DNA from: an uncultured virus (IMG/VR IMGVR_UViG_3300028888_000090)
Taxonomy: Duplodnaviria > Heunggongvirae > Uroviricota > Caudoviricetes > Crassvirales
Reading direction: 5' to 3' (one strand)
DNA: 30,998 bases
IMG/VR virus record: IMGVR_UViG_3300028888_000090
Each line of letters begins with the position of its first letter. Position 1 is the first letter of the stretch. This document shows positions 18,422 through 27,647 of the stretch, piece after piece. The position numbers and the translations under genes were made by a program. Below the pieces are notes generated by a model that saw only the letters and a program-made list of their open reading frames with translations, had not been told where the DNA came from and did not search any database.

Positions 18422-19708
18422 TTACTCAAAAACAAGTTTAGTCTTATCTCCGCTTTGTGCAGGCTTATTAATCTTAATACGACGTTGAGTACGATTTTCT
18501 TTAGATTTAGCTACAAGGCGATGAACACCTTCTTCTTTAATAGCCATATCCACCAAATCTTTATAAGTACCACCAGTCCAAAGAAGCCAAGCGTCAAGAA
18601 GTTCTCTTTCAAGAAGTTCTTTATCAGACAGCTTATTGAGATCTCTAGAGTATCCTGTCATTCTATTACCATTAGCATCTGCCTCTGTTGCTTTAGAAAC
18701 ATAAGCATAAAAATCATCTAATTTGTAGGTAATCTTCTGACCATTTACTTCTTTTACTATTGTTTCAGGAAGCAGATAACCGCCAATCCTACGCTCTTTA
18801 ATAGCCTTATTAACATTGTTGAAATAAGCTTCAACATCAGCTTGTTCTTGAGCACGAGCAGCAGCGGCTTTCTCTTCTATATCTTTACGAGTTTGGTTGT
18901 CTTTAGCAATAAGAGCTTCTAATTGAGCTTTAGCCTCATCATAAAGACTACCAGTACTCTTAAGATATTTAATATAATTTTCATTCAAAGATTTATTACC
19001 AAATTCTTGAGCAGCCATTCTAATAACTGCTTCAAGTTGAGCGTCATTATCCTTGTCAAGTTCAATTTTACTTCTATCAGGAATATCACCAAAACCTTTA
19101 GGTGTACCCTTAATAGTTACATAATCAACAAATTGCTTAAGCAGAGGATTATCAGAATACAACTTATTAATAGCACCTTGTTGAATTTCATTAGATTTAA
19201 GTTCAAAGACAGCATCAACATAAGCTTTGATACCAGCAGCGTCATTTGTAAATTCTACATTCTTTCCATTTTCATCAGTAATATCAACACCAAAAGTTTC
19301 TTTAATAGAATCAATGGAAATCTCAGCAGCTTCATTGCTATCAGTAACATCGTTATCTTCAAGCCACTTCTTTACATCTTTAGCTTCTTTGAATACTTCG
19401 CCTTTGTCATTTACAAGATCTCCTTTATCATTAATCTTATAAACTACACCATCATATTCAACTTCAGTGCCTTCCTCAATATCATGAGGAATTTGATTTT
19501 GGTTTTCATCATTATTTTCCTCATTTTGATTATTAGAAGCAGGTTCGTTGTTTTTACCTGTAATATCCTCAGTACCACCACCATTCAGATGAGTAGTTTC
19601 TTCCTGAGTTGCAGGATTATTATTTTCATTAGCATTAGGATTATTACCAGCATTACCTCCTTGTTGAGGTGTTGTTTGCTGAGTACCTTCAAAATCAATT
19701 TCTGGCAT
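18422..19708 (-). CDS. crAss-like conserved protein upstream of MCP (gene 77-like, probable scaffold)
   Basis: 428 aa with an acidic, N/Q-rich disordered N-terminus and a helical body; immediately upstream of MCP. Confidence 0.6.
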   Translation of the reverse strand: MPEIDFEGTQQTTPQQGGNAGNNPNANENNNPATQEETTHLNGGGTEDITGKNNEPASNNQNEENNDENQNQIPHDIEEGTEVEYDGVVYKINDKGDLVNDKGEVFKEAKDVKKWLEDNDVTDSNEAAEISIDSIKETFGVDITDENGKNVEFTNDAAGIKAYVDAVFELKSNEIQQGAINKLYSDNPLLKQFVDYVTIKGTPKGFGDIPDRSKIELDKDNDAQLEAVIRMAAQEFGNKSLNENYIKYLKSTGSLYDEAKAQLEALIAKDNQTRKDIEEKAAAARAQEQADVEAYFNNVNKAIKERRIGGYLLPETIVKEVNGQKITYKLDDFYAYVSKATEADANGNRMTGYSRDLNKLSDKELLERELLDAWLLWTGGTYKDLVDMAIKEEGVHRLVAKSKENRTQRRIKINKPAQSGDKTKLVFE

Positions 19709-19755
19709 AAAATTAAATTTAATAAGATTATTACTTTATTACTTGCTAAAAGCAC

Positions 19756-19790
19756 TGCAAAGATATAATATTTTCAATATCAATGATACA
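19756..19790 (-). promoter_or_regulatory. Bacteroidetes sigma-A-type promoter for the scaffold/MCP block
   Basis: TATCTTTG(CA) at 19758-19765 matches TAnnTTTG, about 50 nt upstream of ATG 19708. Confidence 0.65.
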
Positions 19791-19886
19791 TCTAATAACT
19801 TTATTTTTTGCAGCACAATGTTTAGGTATAATATCATTACTGCTAATGTATATAAGCCGTTTCGGATTGGAGTAACTTGCAATCCA

Positions 19887-19997
19887 TATTTGCCGTTTTT
19901 GGCTGTCCTGTGACCTACAATCGACTTTTATATTATAATGATACAATTATACCATATTCGATTATTAACGCTAAATACACGAAATCAAAATATACAA
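19887..19997. repeat. ~110-bp intergenic element, copy B
   Basis: Same conserved boxes and spacing as 3399..3510. Confidence 0.8.
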
Positions 19998-20035
19998 TAA
20001 AATAAGTCCTCTTTACTACTAGAATAAAGAGGACT
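19996..20035 (-). terminator. Intrinsic terminator after the TerL-portal operon
   Basis: 11-bp stem AGTCCTCTTTA/TAAAGAGGACT (20005-20035) followed on the minus strand by TATTTTATT. Confidence 0.8.
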
Positions 20036-20059
20036 AAGTAACTTGGGAATGCACCAAGA

Positions 20060-20338
20060 TTATAGCATAGCAAAAAGAATTAGCACAAAAGCTACAATAG
20101 CACCAATACTAATACGGAGAGTTTCTTTAAGATTAAACCTTGTTCCAAGACAAGCTAAAATAGCTGTAGAAACTAAGCTTACAATAGCACCCCCGTAAGA
20201 AGGATTAAATGATATACACCATCCACCAAATATGATTGCGTTAATTACAACGCCACTAATAAAAAGAACCCAAGTTGCACTGCTAATAGACAACAACTGT
20301 TCTTTTACTTTGTTAAATAATTCTTTAATCTTCTTCAT
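20060..20338 (-). CDS. Small 3-TM membrane protein (92 aa, start revised to ATG 20338)
   Basis: The MKKIKELF start overlaps the FTR stop (ATGAAGAAGATTAA); three hydrophobic helices. Confidence 0.7.
   Translation of the reverse strand: MKKIKELFNKVKEQLLSISSATWVLFISGVVINAIIFGGWCISFNPSYGGAIVSLVSTAILACLGTRFNLKETLRISIGAIVAFVLILFAML
20185..20204 (+). repeat. Dispersed GC-rich motif, copy 5 (variant)
   Basis: TAGCACCCCCGTAAGAAGGA, inside the membrane-protein CDS. Confidence 0.6.
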
Positions 20339-20555
20339 TTTTAATTTCAGTTTGATGAACATAAAGTTTACAATGACAAATATTATTTTGTAGATAATCA
20401 GAACAAGGACATTGGTCATGACCATATCGGTCTTTAATATAAGTAGGACAATGCCCTTCATTTATAATAACACTATTGATGATGTCAGTAAGTTCTTCAT
20501 CATCAGGATTAAGGACAAATCCTTTTTTACGAACAATTTTAACTAATGTACTCAT
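20325..20555 (-). CDS. Ferredoxin-thioredoxin reductase catalytic-subunit-like protein
   Basis: LNPD...G.CP(T)...CPC...CHC.LY matches the FTR beta-chain Fe-S motif except at the first CPC. Confidence 0.8.
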   Translation of the reverse strand: MSTLVKIVRKKGFVLNPDDEELTDIINSVIINEGHCPTYIKDRYGHDQCPCSDYLQNNICHCKLYVHQTEIKNEED

Positions 20556-22964
20556 TTACTTATCATATTTATTTTTATTCATTTTAGCAATTCTTTCTTT
20601 ACTTTCAATATCTTCACGTTTAACTTGTCTATCAGCAGCTTTATTATAAATATCTGATTGAAGTTTTTCTCTATCAAGCATAAGCTTTTCACTAGCAAGA
20701 CGAGTTTTGTTTTCTTCAGCAAGTTGAGAAAGTCTATCTCTAGCAGCAGTATCTTCACCTGGAGCAAGCAAACTCATATCAACATCCATATATTTAAGTT
20801 GCAGTTCATATTGATACTTTTGAGCCTGAAGTCTTTCATCAACTTCTCCTTGCGCTTGAATAACTGCAAGTTTATTATTGAGTTCTTCTTGTTTAATCAT
20901 TTGTTCTGCTTGTTGCATATCAGCTTCGTGCTGACGTTTAATATCCATAAACTTAGCAACAGTTTCTTTAATTTGAGTTACATTCTCTCCTGTAATAGCA
21001 GCAATTGCCATATCAAGATCTCCGTTTTGAGCAGCACTAAAAGCCCATTGACGAAGTTGATTAATCTTATCAAGTTCTTTCTGGTCATTCTTAACAAGAA
21101 TACCATAGTCAGCCATTATATAAGAATTAGCATCAAGACTTAAATAACGACGATTGTTTTTATCATCAAAGAATGTTGTTTGAAGTCCATCAACATAAGC
21201 AAGTTTAGCATAATCTAAATCACGCTGATAATCTAGTTTACGCATCTCATCAAACATAGCAACAATAATGACACTACCCATAGATGAACGAGCAATAGCT
21301 TCTTGAGTAGTAGCTTGACCTGCAGATTGTGCAATCTCACCATATCGTTGCATATTCATATCTACAAGCTCACGACCTTCTTGTTTAATTGCTTCTATGA
21401 GTTGTGTAAGTTGATTTATGTAATCTCCAAGATTAGCATTAAGAAGTCTAATCTGTGCCATCTTTTGAGAATTACTATCTTCTTCATCATTAACTAGCAA
21501 TACTCCATCAGCAGCCATTTTATAAATCTTATCTTCTTCTGCACCAGCAATTAGAGACTCAGGTAAAAGAAGAATAAGCATTTTGTTTTTAGCAATAACC
21601 ATTTCTCTATGATAAGAAATGATATTACGCATAACTTGGAAAGGAGTAATAAGTTGGATAATACTAAACTTACCAAACAAAGGAAGAACCTCCATCATTC
21701 CGTTATAGGGGAGTTTACCATTTCTTTGATAAACAACCGGTCTAGCTTTAATAGGATAAACACCGGTCCAACGAGTACCAATTCTATATCCTTCGTACAC
21801 TTGAGGTTCATAAGCCCAATCAATGTCAATATTACCAAGTTCAGGATTTAAGGTATATCCTTCTTCAACAACACGTTGAGTAGTGAAACCCATTTCATTA
21901 ACATAAGTAAGAATACCTCTACGTGCTTCACCTTTCCAAACAACGTGCCAAACTTCAAAAAGATTAGTATTTTCAGCAGCTATTTGAACAGGTTGTTTTT
22001 TAAATAATTCTCTTTCTTGTTTACCAAACTTTTCACAAGCAGCAGGATATGTTTCAAAATAATTACTATAAAGAAATTGAGTTCTAGTATTACTAATATC
22101 TGCTGTAGAATAGTATCTTTCAAGAAACTCTCTATCTTCTTTAGATAGGAGTTCATCAAACATATCAATAATTTGATTATAAGACATTAACATCTTACGA
22201 GCAAACATATCATGGTCTTCAACAAAGAACTCAGAATTAGGAATAGGATAAGCCTCAATTACAGGAACATTTTCTTTATAAATCTCAGTCCCTCTAATGT
22301 CAGTATAAGTATAACATTCACCAAGAGAACAATAGTTAAAGAAAGCAGAAAGATAAGTAACATTATCTTTTGTTATACTTCTGATATAATCAAGAAGGTC
22401 TTGTGCTTGTTTACTTTCTTCATCAATATAATTCTCGTTAAAATTCTTTACAAATTCTTCAGGATCAGGCATAGCATCTTGTGGATTAAGTTGTTCCACA
22501 GGAGTACCTTGTTGTTGTGCTTGATTTTGCATTTCAGCCCAACGTTTTTCAAACTCTTGTTTAAAAGCTTGTTGAGCCATAATAGCAATCTCTTCTCTAA
22601 GTTTAGCGTTCTTCTTTAGAACAATCTCAGGATTATTAGCACCAACAACGAACTCATGAATACCTTTAAAATATTCACTAACATATCTCCTAATGACATC
22701 AGACATAATATCATAATTCCTCATAGTAGCAGGAAAACGAGTATATTTCTCGTTAGCTGCATTATAAGGATTAAGAGTCTTTTTGTAAAACTCATTAGGA
22801 ATGTTTCCGTGAAGAATATCTAGTTGTCTTTCCGTTTCGTTTCTATCATTAAACGAAATTCCTGCATCAATTATATAATCAATACAGTTTTGATACCAAG
22901 CAGGCTTATTCTTCTCAGCACTACTTACTCTTTGTTGAGGAAAATTAACAGAATGTGTAATCAT
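20556..22964 (-). CDS. Portal protein (start probably ATG 22964)
   Basis: About 800 aa with FP.Q.V...EK and RNYDI motifs and a coiled-coil C-terminus; located between TerL and MCP. Confidence 0.88.
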   Translation of the reverse strand: MITHSVNFPQQRVSSAEKNKPAWYQNCIDYIIDAGISFNDRNETERQLDILHGNIPNEFYKKTLNPYNAANEKYTRFPATMRNYDIMSDVIRRYVSEYFKGIHEFVVGANNPEIVLKKNAKLREEIAIMAQQAFKQEFEKRWAEMQNQAQQQGTPVEQLNPQDAMPDPEEFVKNFNENYIDEESKQAQDLLDYIRSITKDNVTYLSAFFNYCSLGECYTYTDIRGTEIYKENVPVIEAYPIPNSEFFVEDHDMFARKMLMSYNQIIDMFDELLSKEDREFLERYYSTADISNTRTQFLYSNYFETYPAACEKFGKQERELFKKQPVQIAAENTNLFEVWHVVWKGEARRGILTYVNEMGFTTQRVVEEGYTLNPELGNIDIDWAYEPQVYEGYRIGTRWTGVYPIKARPVVYQRNGKLPYNGMMEVLPLFGKFSIIQLITPFQVMRNIISYHREMVIAKNKMLILLLPESLIAGAEEDKIYKMAADGVLLVNDEEDSNSQKMAQIRLLNANLGDYINQLTQLIEAIKQEGRELVDMNMQRYGEIAQSAGQATTQEAIARSSMGSVIIVAMFDEMRKLDYQRDLDYAKLAYVDGLQTTFFDDKNNRRYLSLDANSYIMADYGILVKNDQKELDKINQLRQWAFSAAQNGDLDMAIAAITGENVTQIKETVAKFMDIKRQHEADMQQAEQMIKQEELNNKLAVIQAQGEVDERLQAQKYQYELQLKYMDVDMSLLAPGEDTAARDRLSQLAEENKTRLASEKLMLDREKLQSDIYNKAADRQVKREDIESKERIAKMNKNKYDK

Positions 22965-22981
22965 AAAATAATTATTATAAT

Positions 22982-23185
22982 TTAGTGTTTCCATTTAGCA
23001 GCATTTAAAGCAAATGTTGCCATTTTCTTTTGTGCAGGAGTTCCGTTTTCTTTAAACCAAGTAGCAGAATGTCCAGTACGTTTTTTAAGTGCTGTAAACT
23101 TTCCTCTATTTTCAGGTTTAATATAAATACCTCCATCTTTAAATTTAGAAGTGTTACCAACTTCATCCAAATGTCTTCTACTCAT
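22982..23185 (-). CDS. Small basic crAss-like protein
   Basis: 67 aa, GGIYIKPENRGKFT...ATFALNAAKWKH; tightly packed between TerL and portal. Confidence 0.75.
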   Translation of the reverse strand: MSRRHLDEVGNTSKFKDGGIYIKPENRGKFTALKKRTGHSATWFKENGTPAQKKMATFALNAAKWKH

Positions 23186-23188
23186 AAT

Positions 23189-25471
23189 TTAAAACCAAGC
23201 TCGTTCTAATATACTATTTCTATCTTTAAGAACTTGTTTACGATGAGCAAGTTCTTTTGCTGCTTCAATATCAACAAGTTTCCATTGAAGCGCACGAATA
23301 ATCATTTCAGAAACTCTATCATAGTTACCGTTTGCACTCCACATTTTAAGTTCAACAATAGTCTGATAATCGTAAATGAAATGAAAAAGTCTTTTAGGTC
23401 TACCAAGTTCATCTTTGCCTATTTCTGAATAAAGCATTTCTTTAAGAAGACGAAGACCTTCAAGTTTTTTAGTACCACCTTGTCCATCACCACCACCCAT
23501 GTTGATGCCATAAGTAGAAGTAACTGCACCTTTCAAAGAAGTATCCCAAAGTTGAACAGGATCTTTCATAAGATACTTAAGTGCTTTCCACTTCTTAAAA
23601 TTACTTACAGTTTCACCACGGTTAACCTCAACACCAACAGTACCGATACAATTATAATATTTAGCTAATAAATAACAAATTCTATCAGCTTCTTCAAGTT
23701 CTTCTGGACGACCATAATAAGCTGCTACAAGCATTGTTTTAAAGCCATTATAAGCAGTAGGATTCATCCAAACTTTAATACTGTTATGAGAATGTTTGTT
23801 TGTAATAGCATTTCTCTCTTTATTGACACCTACCGGGTCATAACTAATAGAGTATAATCCAGGAGGAGTTCCATTTATAGTGTTACCATACTGGTCTTGA
23901 TAAGGATGTTTCTGAGGGTTGAACCATATTCTAATACAACCATGAGGATGTTCATTACTTTTACGTGGAACACCTTTAATATAATCAAAGAAATCTACAT
24001 TATATCTTCCGCCTTCAGCTTCAATTCTAGCATTGCTTTTGAAAATAACTTTATTCTCTTTTTCATAAAGCATTCCATCAGTATAAAAATTAAAAGAATT
24101 ATCAGTACGAAGACGCTCTTCCCATTCTAATAGTTCTTCACTAGTGAAAATGTTTTCAGTAGCAGAACTAAAAGATTCACAAGGCATATTAGCATATTGA
24201 CCAAGATAGTTAATATACTCAGCAAAAGTTTTACTACTTTTTCTTTTAAGTTCACGTTCTTCAAAAGCAATAGATAAACCAATGTTCATATTAGAATTTC
24301 CATCTTTATCCATTGCCTGTTGTCCATCTAATTGACCTTCAAGACCCCAACAATAAGGTTTAAAATAACCGCAAAGTTCATGACGACAATCTTTATCCCA
24401 AACATTCTCAAAAGGCATAAAATGAGAAGATTTAGGATCATAAAAGTTTTCACTAAATCTTTGCATATTACCAGATGTTGCAGTTCCCCAAGCCATAAGA
24501 GTACCAGTAACATAAGCACCAGTACGCATAGCAGGTTCAGTAACAGCCATAAATTCATCAAAGTTTTCCATAGTTGAAACCTCTTCAACTTTGACTTTCA
24601 TAGCATCCTTACCAATAGCACAATCAGGGTTATTCATTGCTGAAACACTAAGAAGTGCACTATTCCAAGACTTAGGTGATACAACACCATTGGGAAGTTT
24701 GAAACCTAAAACAAAGTTTTCTTTATCAGTAGAAAGAATACCACGTTTAAAGAAAGTTTTAGTTTCATAAAAGCGAAGATTGTTAATAGTAAAGTCTGAT
24801 AAACCTCCACGTTGATTGAGATATTTCTTATCATCAGCAACATGAATTACAACTTTACGAGGGTTAAGGTTTATATCATTAGCTGTATCAGATGCTTCAA
24901 TATAAGAGAAGCCACCACGACGAGTTTTATCAATTAAAAGATGGAATCCGTTTCTAATAACAAATTCCATAATATGCCAAGTCCAAAACTGAGCATCAAT
25001 AAATCTAGGAAAGTCATAAACTTTTTTACCAGTACTAGATTTATCACTATGCTTTACAGATTTAGTATCAAGTTGTTCAATTAAAGTATAATTAAGGAAA
25101 TTGTAATGTCCACCTGTAATTCTAACTTCTTGTATTTTACCATTACGTAATAAGCAAGGAGCTGAAAAACCATGTGCTCTACGATATTCTTCTCTTTTAC
25201 GAAGCTGTCTATGAGGAATACTATCTTCTCTATAAGTAGTATATTGTTTATACTGTCTATAGAAATTAGCCATTTCTGTAAATAAATGAGTATTTACAAA
25301 CTTATCCCCAGGTTGAATATTAAGAAGAAAACCCCCACTATCACCAATCATAAAAAGATCGTCTGGATCATCATATCCGGCATCTTTTGCATGAACATAA
25401 TGACTTTTATCCTCATTAATGTATTTAAGAAAAGGATAATCTTCTATATATTTTTCAACATTAGTTTCCAT
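23189..25471 (-). CDS. terL: Terminase large subunit
   Basis: Walker A-like KTRRGGFSY, Walker B-like VKVEE, coupling motif WGT, and RNase H-like nuclease residues (SYDP, GVEVN, NYDRVS); 760 aa, uninterrupted. Confidence 0.93.
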   Translation of the reverse strand: METNVEKYIEDYPFLKYINEDKSHYVHAKDAGYDDPDDLFMIGDSGGFLLNIQPGDKFVNTHLFTEMANFYRQYKQYTTYREDSIPHRQLRKREEYRRAHGFSAPCLLRNGKIQEVRITGGHYNFLNYTLIEQLDTKSVKHSDKSSTGKKVYDFPRFIDAQFWTWHIMEFVIRNGFHLLIDKTRRGGFSYIEASDTANDINLNPRKVVIHVADDKKYLNQRGGLSDFTINNLRFYETKTFFKRGILSTDKENFVLGFKLPNGVVSPKSWNSALLSVSAMNNPDCAIGKDAMKVKVEEVSTMENFDEFMAVTEPAMRTGAYVTGTLMAWGTATSGNMQRFSENFYDPKSSHFMPFENVWDKDCRHELCGYFKPYCWGLEGQLDGQQAMDKDGNSNMNIGLSIAFEERELKRKSSKTFAEYINYLGQYANMPCESFSSATENIFTSEELLEWEERLRTDNSFNFYTDGMLYEKENKVIFKSNARIEAEGGRYNVDFFDYIKGVPRKSNEHPHGCIRIWFNPQKHPYQDQYGNTINGTPPGLYSISYDPVGVNKERNAITNKHSHNSIKVWMNPTAYNGFKTMLVAAYYGRPEELEEADRICYLLAKYYNCIGTVGVEVNRGETVSNFKKWKALKYLMKDPVQLWDTSLKGAVTSTYGINMGGGDGQGGTKKLEGLRLLKEMLYSEIGKDELGRPKRLFHFIYDYQTIVELKMWSANGNYDRVSEMIIRALQWKLVDIEAAKELAHRKQVLKDRNSILERAWF

Positions 25472-25824
25472 TACAGAGCAATCAATAACAATAAAAGTAA
25501 GAAAAAAGCACTAGCACCACTGCCAGCGCCTATAGCAACATTTCTTTGCTTTTTAACTTTATTTATACTATCTTGACAAGTGTTCTCACAAGAATTAAGA
25601 TTTAGTTGAAGAGCATTAATCAAAGCAGAATCTGTTTTAAGAATACCATGAAGTTCTTCATTGATGGCTTTTTCATAATCTAGTTCAACCATTTTAGCGT
25701 TTGCAATTCTTAAATCTTCAATTGCAATTAACACACTATCTTTTCTTGGATTTTGCGACCAACTTATAAAACAACTCGATAGTAGCACTATCATCAAGAT
25801 TATATATCGTTTCAATCGTATCAT
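25471..25824 (-). CDS. Putative spanin component (signal peptide/lipobox, coiled coil, C-terminal TM)
   Basis: N-terminal signal containing LSSC, a heptad region and a hydrophobic C-terminus; overlaps the upstream gene by 89 bp in a different frame. Confidence 0.55.
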   Translation of the reverse strand: MIRLKRYIILMIVLLSSCFISWSQNPRKDSVLIAIEDLRIANAKMVELDYEKAINEELHGILKTDSALINALQLNLNSCENTCQDSINKVKKQRNVAIGAGSGASAFFLLLLLLIAL

Positions 25825-26050
25825 TCTTAGTTATTTCAAGATGTTTAACTTTAGCGTGTTGTCTATCTTTAGTAACATAAAGAGTATCTATGGTACTCTT
25901 TTCTACGGGGGAGGTATAATTAAACTTATTTTCTTTTTTAGCTTTATTGTATCCTACAGTATAACCAAGAGCAAACCATATACTAACAAAGAAAAGAAGA
26001 ATAATATACAGTATAATATATCCTCCGTATTTATCCCAAATCTTTTTCAT
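25736..26050 (-). CDS. Putative inner-membrane spanin (Rz-like)
   Basis: N-terminal TM anchor followed by a periplasmic part; directly after the endolysin-like gene. Confidence 0.55.
   Translation of the reverse strand: MKKIWDKYGGYIILYIILLFFVSIWFALGYTVGYNKAKKENKFNYTSPVEKSTIDTLYVTKDRQHAKVKHLEITKNDTIETIYNLDDSATIELFYKLVAKSKKR
25896..25917 (-). repeat. Dispersed GC-rich motif, copy 6
   Basis: Reverse complement is ATACCTCCCCCGTAGAAAAGAG; inside the i-spanin-like CDS. Confidence 0.8.
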
Positions 26051-26651
26051 CTAATAAAGTATAAGTGAAACTATTACCATAAAGAGTACTTTGTTTTTTA
26101 CAAAGTGCAATAAACTTAGCAAAATCCTTAGGGTCGGCAAAAACTTGACAACCAGCAGAATACATATCAATAGTTTCTCTAGTAAAACCTTGATTACTTC
26201 TATGAATGTTTATACCAAACAAACCTTCTTTAATAGTTTGAGGAAACATATCATATACATTATCCATATTACCATCGCGATAAACTTTAACAGGTTTTGC
26301 TTGAACTAAAGCTTCATATTCTCCTTTATGTTTACCAAGTTTCCAACATCCGCGATATTGACCTGGAACAAGAATTGCAGTACCTTTAGGATTACCAAGT
26401 TTCTTACGCATATAATAATATCCAGGTTCTGTAGTGATATTATAATAAACACTTTTCAAACCTGAAGCGTCTCTATAAAGAACAGCAAGAATGTCATCGT
26501 ATTTATTTGTAATAACATTGTTGTTATTCTTTCTAACACCAATAATGTTGAGGTTATAAAAACCTTTAGCAAAATAAGCATAACCTTTCTTACTTAAAAT
26601 AAGAGGAAGATTAGCCTTTGCAACCTTATAAAAAAGATTATTCTTTTTCAT
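26031..26651 (-). CDS. Putative endolysin, L,D-transpeptidase (YkuD)-like cysteine peptidase
   Basis: GINIH-x14-SAGCQV matches the H-x14-17-S-x-G-C catalytic signature; adjacent to spanin-like genes. Confidence 0.7.
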   Translation of the reverse strand: MKKNNLFYKVAKANLPLILSKKGYAYFAKGFYNLNIIGVRKNNNNVITNKYDDILAVLYRDASGLKSVYYNITTEPGYYYMRKKLGNPKGTAILVPGQYRGCWKLGKHKGEYEALVQAKPVKVYRDGNMDNVYDMFPQTIKEGLFGINIHRSNQGFTRETIDMYSAGCQVFADPKDFAKFIALCKKQSTLYGNSFTYTLLDEKDLG

Positions 26652-26654
26652 TGT

Positions 26655-27647
26655 TTAATCAAATAATGTTGGTTGTTCAACAGGTTGTTTTGCTTTTAGT
26701 GCCTTAAGAGAAAGAAGTCTATCATTGAAAACAGCATCAGCTTCATTACGCAAATAGTTAATGCGAAACCAATTAATAATTTCATCTTTTGTTTCATCAA
26801 CGTGGTAACCATCTTTATCACGTAAAGGTTGTCCATATTTGTTAAGAATAAAAGGAGAACCAATATGACAAAGACCTAAACCAACACAAGGTATTTCAAG
26901 AATTCTTTCAGTAAGTCTAGCATAAATACTTAACTGCATTGTATAGTGACTTCCATTACACTCATCAAGATGATTTAACGGTGGAAGCATTTTTTCATTC
27001 TTTCTAACCCAAAGATTAGTTAATTGATTAGGAATAGTAGTTCTATCTTTTTGATAGTAACCACTTTCAAATTTAAGACCATCACGATTAGTCTTCCAAT
27101 CAAGAATAACAAAATCAGTAGGACGAATACATAAAATATCAATAGTACCACTAATCAACAACTCAGGGTCAAAAACTCCTATTTCAGAATATATAGTATA
27201 ACCTCTATCAACATAGAATTGAAACACTCTATAAATCTCATCATATTTATTATTTGTAGCTTCTTTAAATTGTTCCACATCTAAAGGGTTAACACTTAGA
27301 TTTGGAATATCAGCTACAGTAATACAACGACCACTTTCAAGTTGTTCAAGATATCTAATAGCTTCTTTAAATTTACTAACATTCTTTATAGCATCTTCTA
27401 AACCATTATGTGTATCGGTACCTCTTCTACAGGCTTCATCCTTTATCTGATTCCATTGACGAAGAATCTCTTTTTCACTAACACCTTGTTCTTTAGCTTT
27501 CTTATGCGCCCAATATTTTACATCAAACTTAGGAGCATATTGACCAATTATAGTAGTAGTTGAAATATATTCATTACCATTACTATCGGTGTATTTATGT
27601 GGTCCTTCGTCAAAATAAAGATGTATATTTTTATAAATATCTTTCAT
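26655..27647 (-). CDS. PD-(D/E)XK family nuclease
   Basis: HKY...ISTTTII, GT.TH, SE..V, SGTIDIL, ILDWKT and Y..QLS.Y motifs; a conserved crAss gene near TerL. Confidence 0.85.
   Translation of the reverse strand: MKDIYKNIHLYFDEGPHKYTDSNGNEYISTTTIIGQYAPKFDVKYWAHKKAKEQGVSEKEILRQWNQIKDEACRRGTDTHNGLEDAIKNVSKFKEAIRYLEQLESGRCITVADIPNLSVNPLDVEQFKEATNNKYDEIYRVFQFYVDRGYTIYSEIGVFDPELLISGTIDILCIRPTDFVILDWKTNRDGLKFESGYYQKDRTTIPNQLTNLWVRKNEKMLPPLNHLDECNGSHYTMQLSIYARLTERILEIPCVGLGLCHIGSPFILNKYGQPLRDKDGYHVDETKDEIINWFRINYLRNEADAVFNDRLLSLKALKAKQPVEQPTLFD

Noticed and set aside
16919..19768. Long plus-strand ORFs (293, 150, 108 and 281 aa) antisense to MCP and scaffold, and similar ones elsewhere (13983..14603, 20658..21143)
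   Set aside because: Shadow ORFs produced by codon bias of the real minus-strand genes; no motifs or plus-strand expression signals.
19864..19885. Hairpin GGATTG...CAATCC as a tRNA or ncRNA fragment
   Set aside because: Only a 6-bp stem, with no cloverleaf or T-loop motif.
19746..19946. 66-aa minus-strand ORF in the intergenic region
   Set aside because: TTG start; overlaps the promoter and repeat element B; no coding features.
21697..21716. Weak extra motif-like sites (21697-21716 reverse complement AACTCCCCTATAACGGAATG; also ~9013 and ~3247)
   Set aside because: Too many mismatches to the core, and explainable by the encoded protein or SD sequence.
16901..25471. Introns or inteins in TerL, portal or MCP
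   Set aside because: The ORFs are continuous and of typical size, with no intein or homing-endonuclease motifs visible.
26655..27647. Cas4/CRISPR link for the nuclease, or the dispersed motif as CRISPR repeats
   Set aside because: No regularly spaced repeat-spacer array; motif copies are kilobases apart and in both orientations; no clear four-Cys Cas4 cluster.
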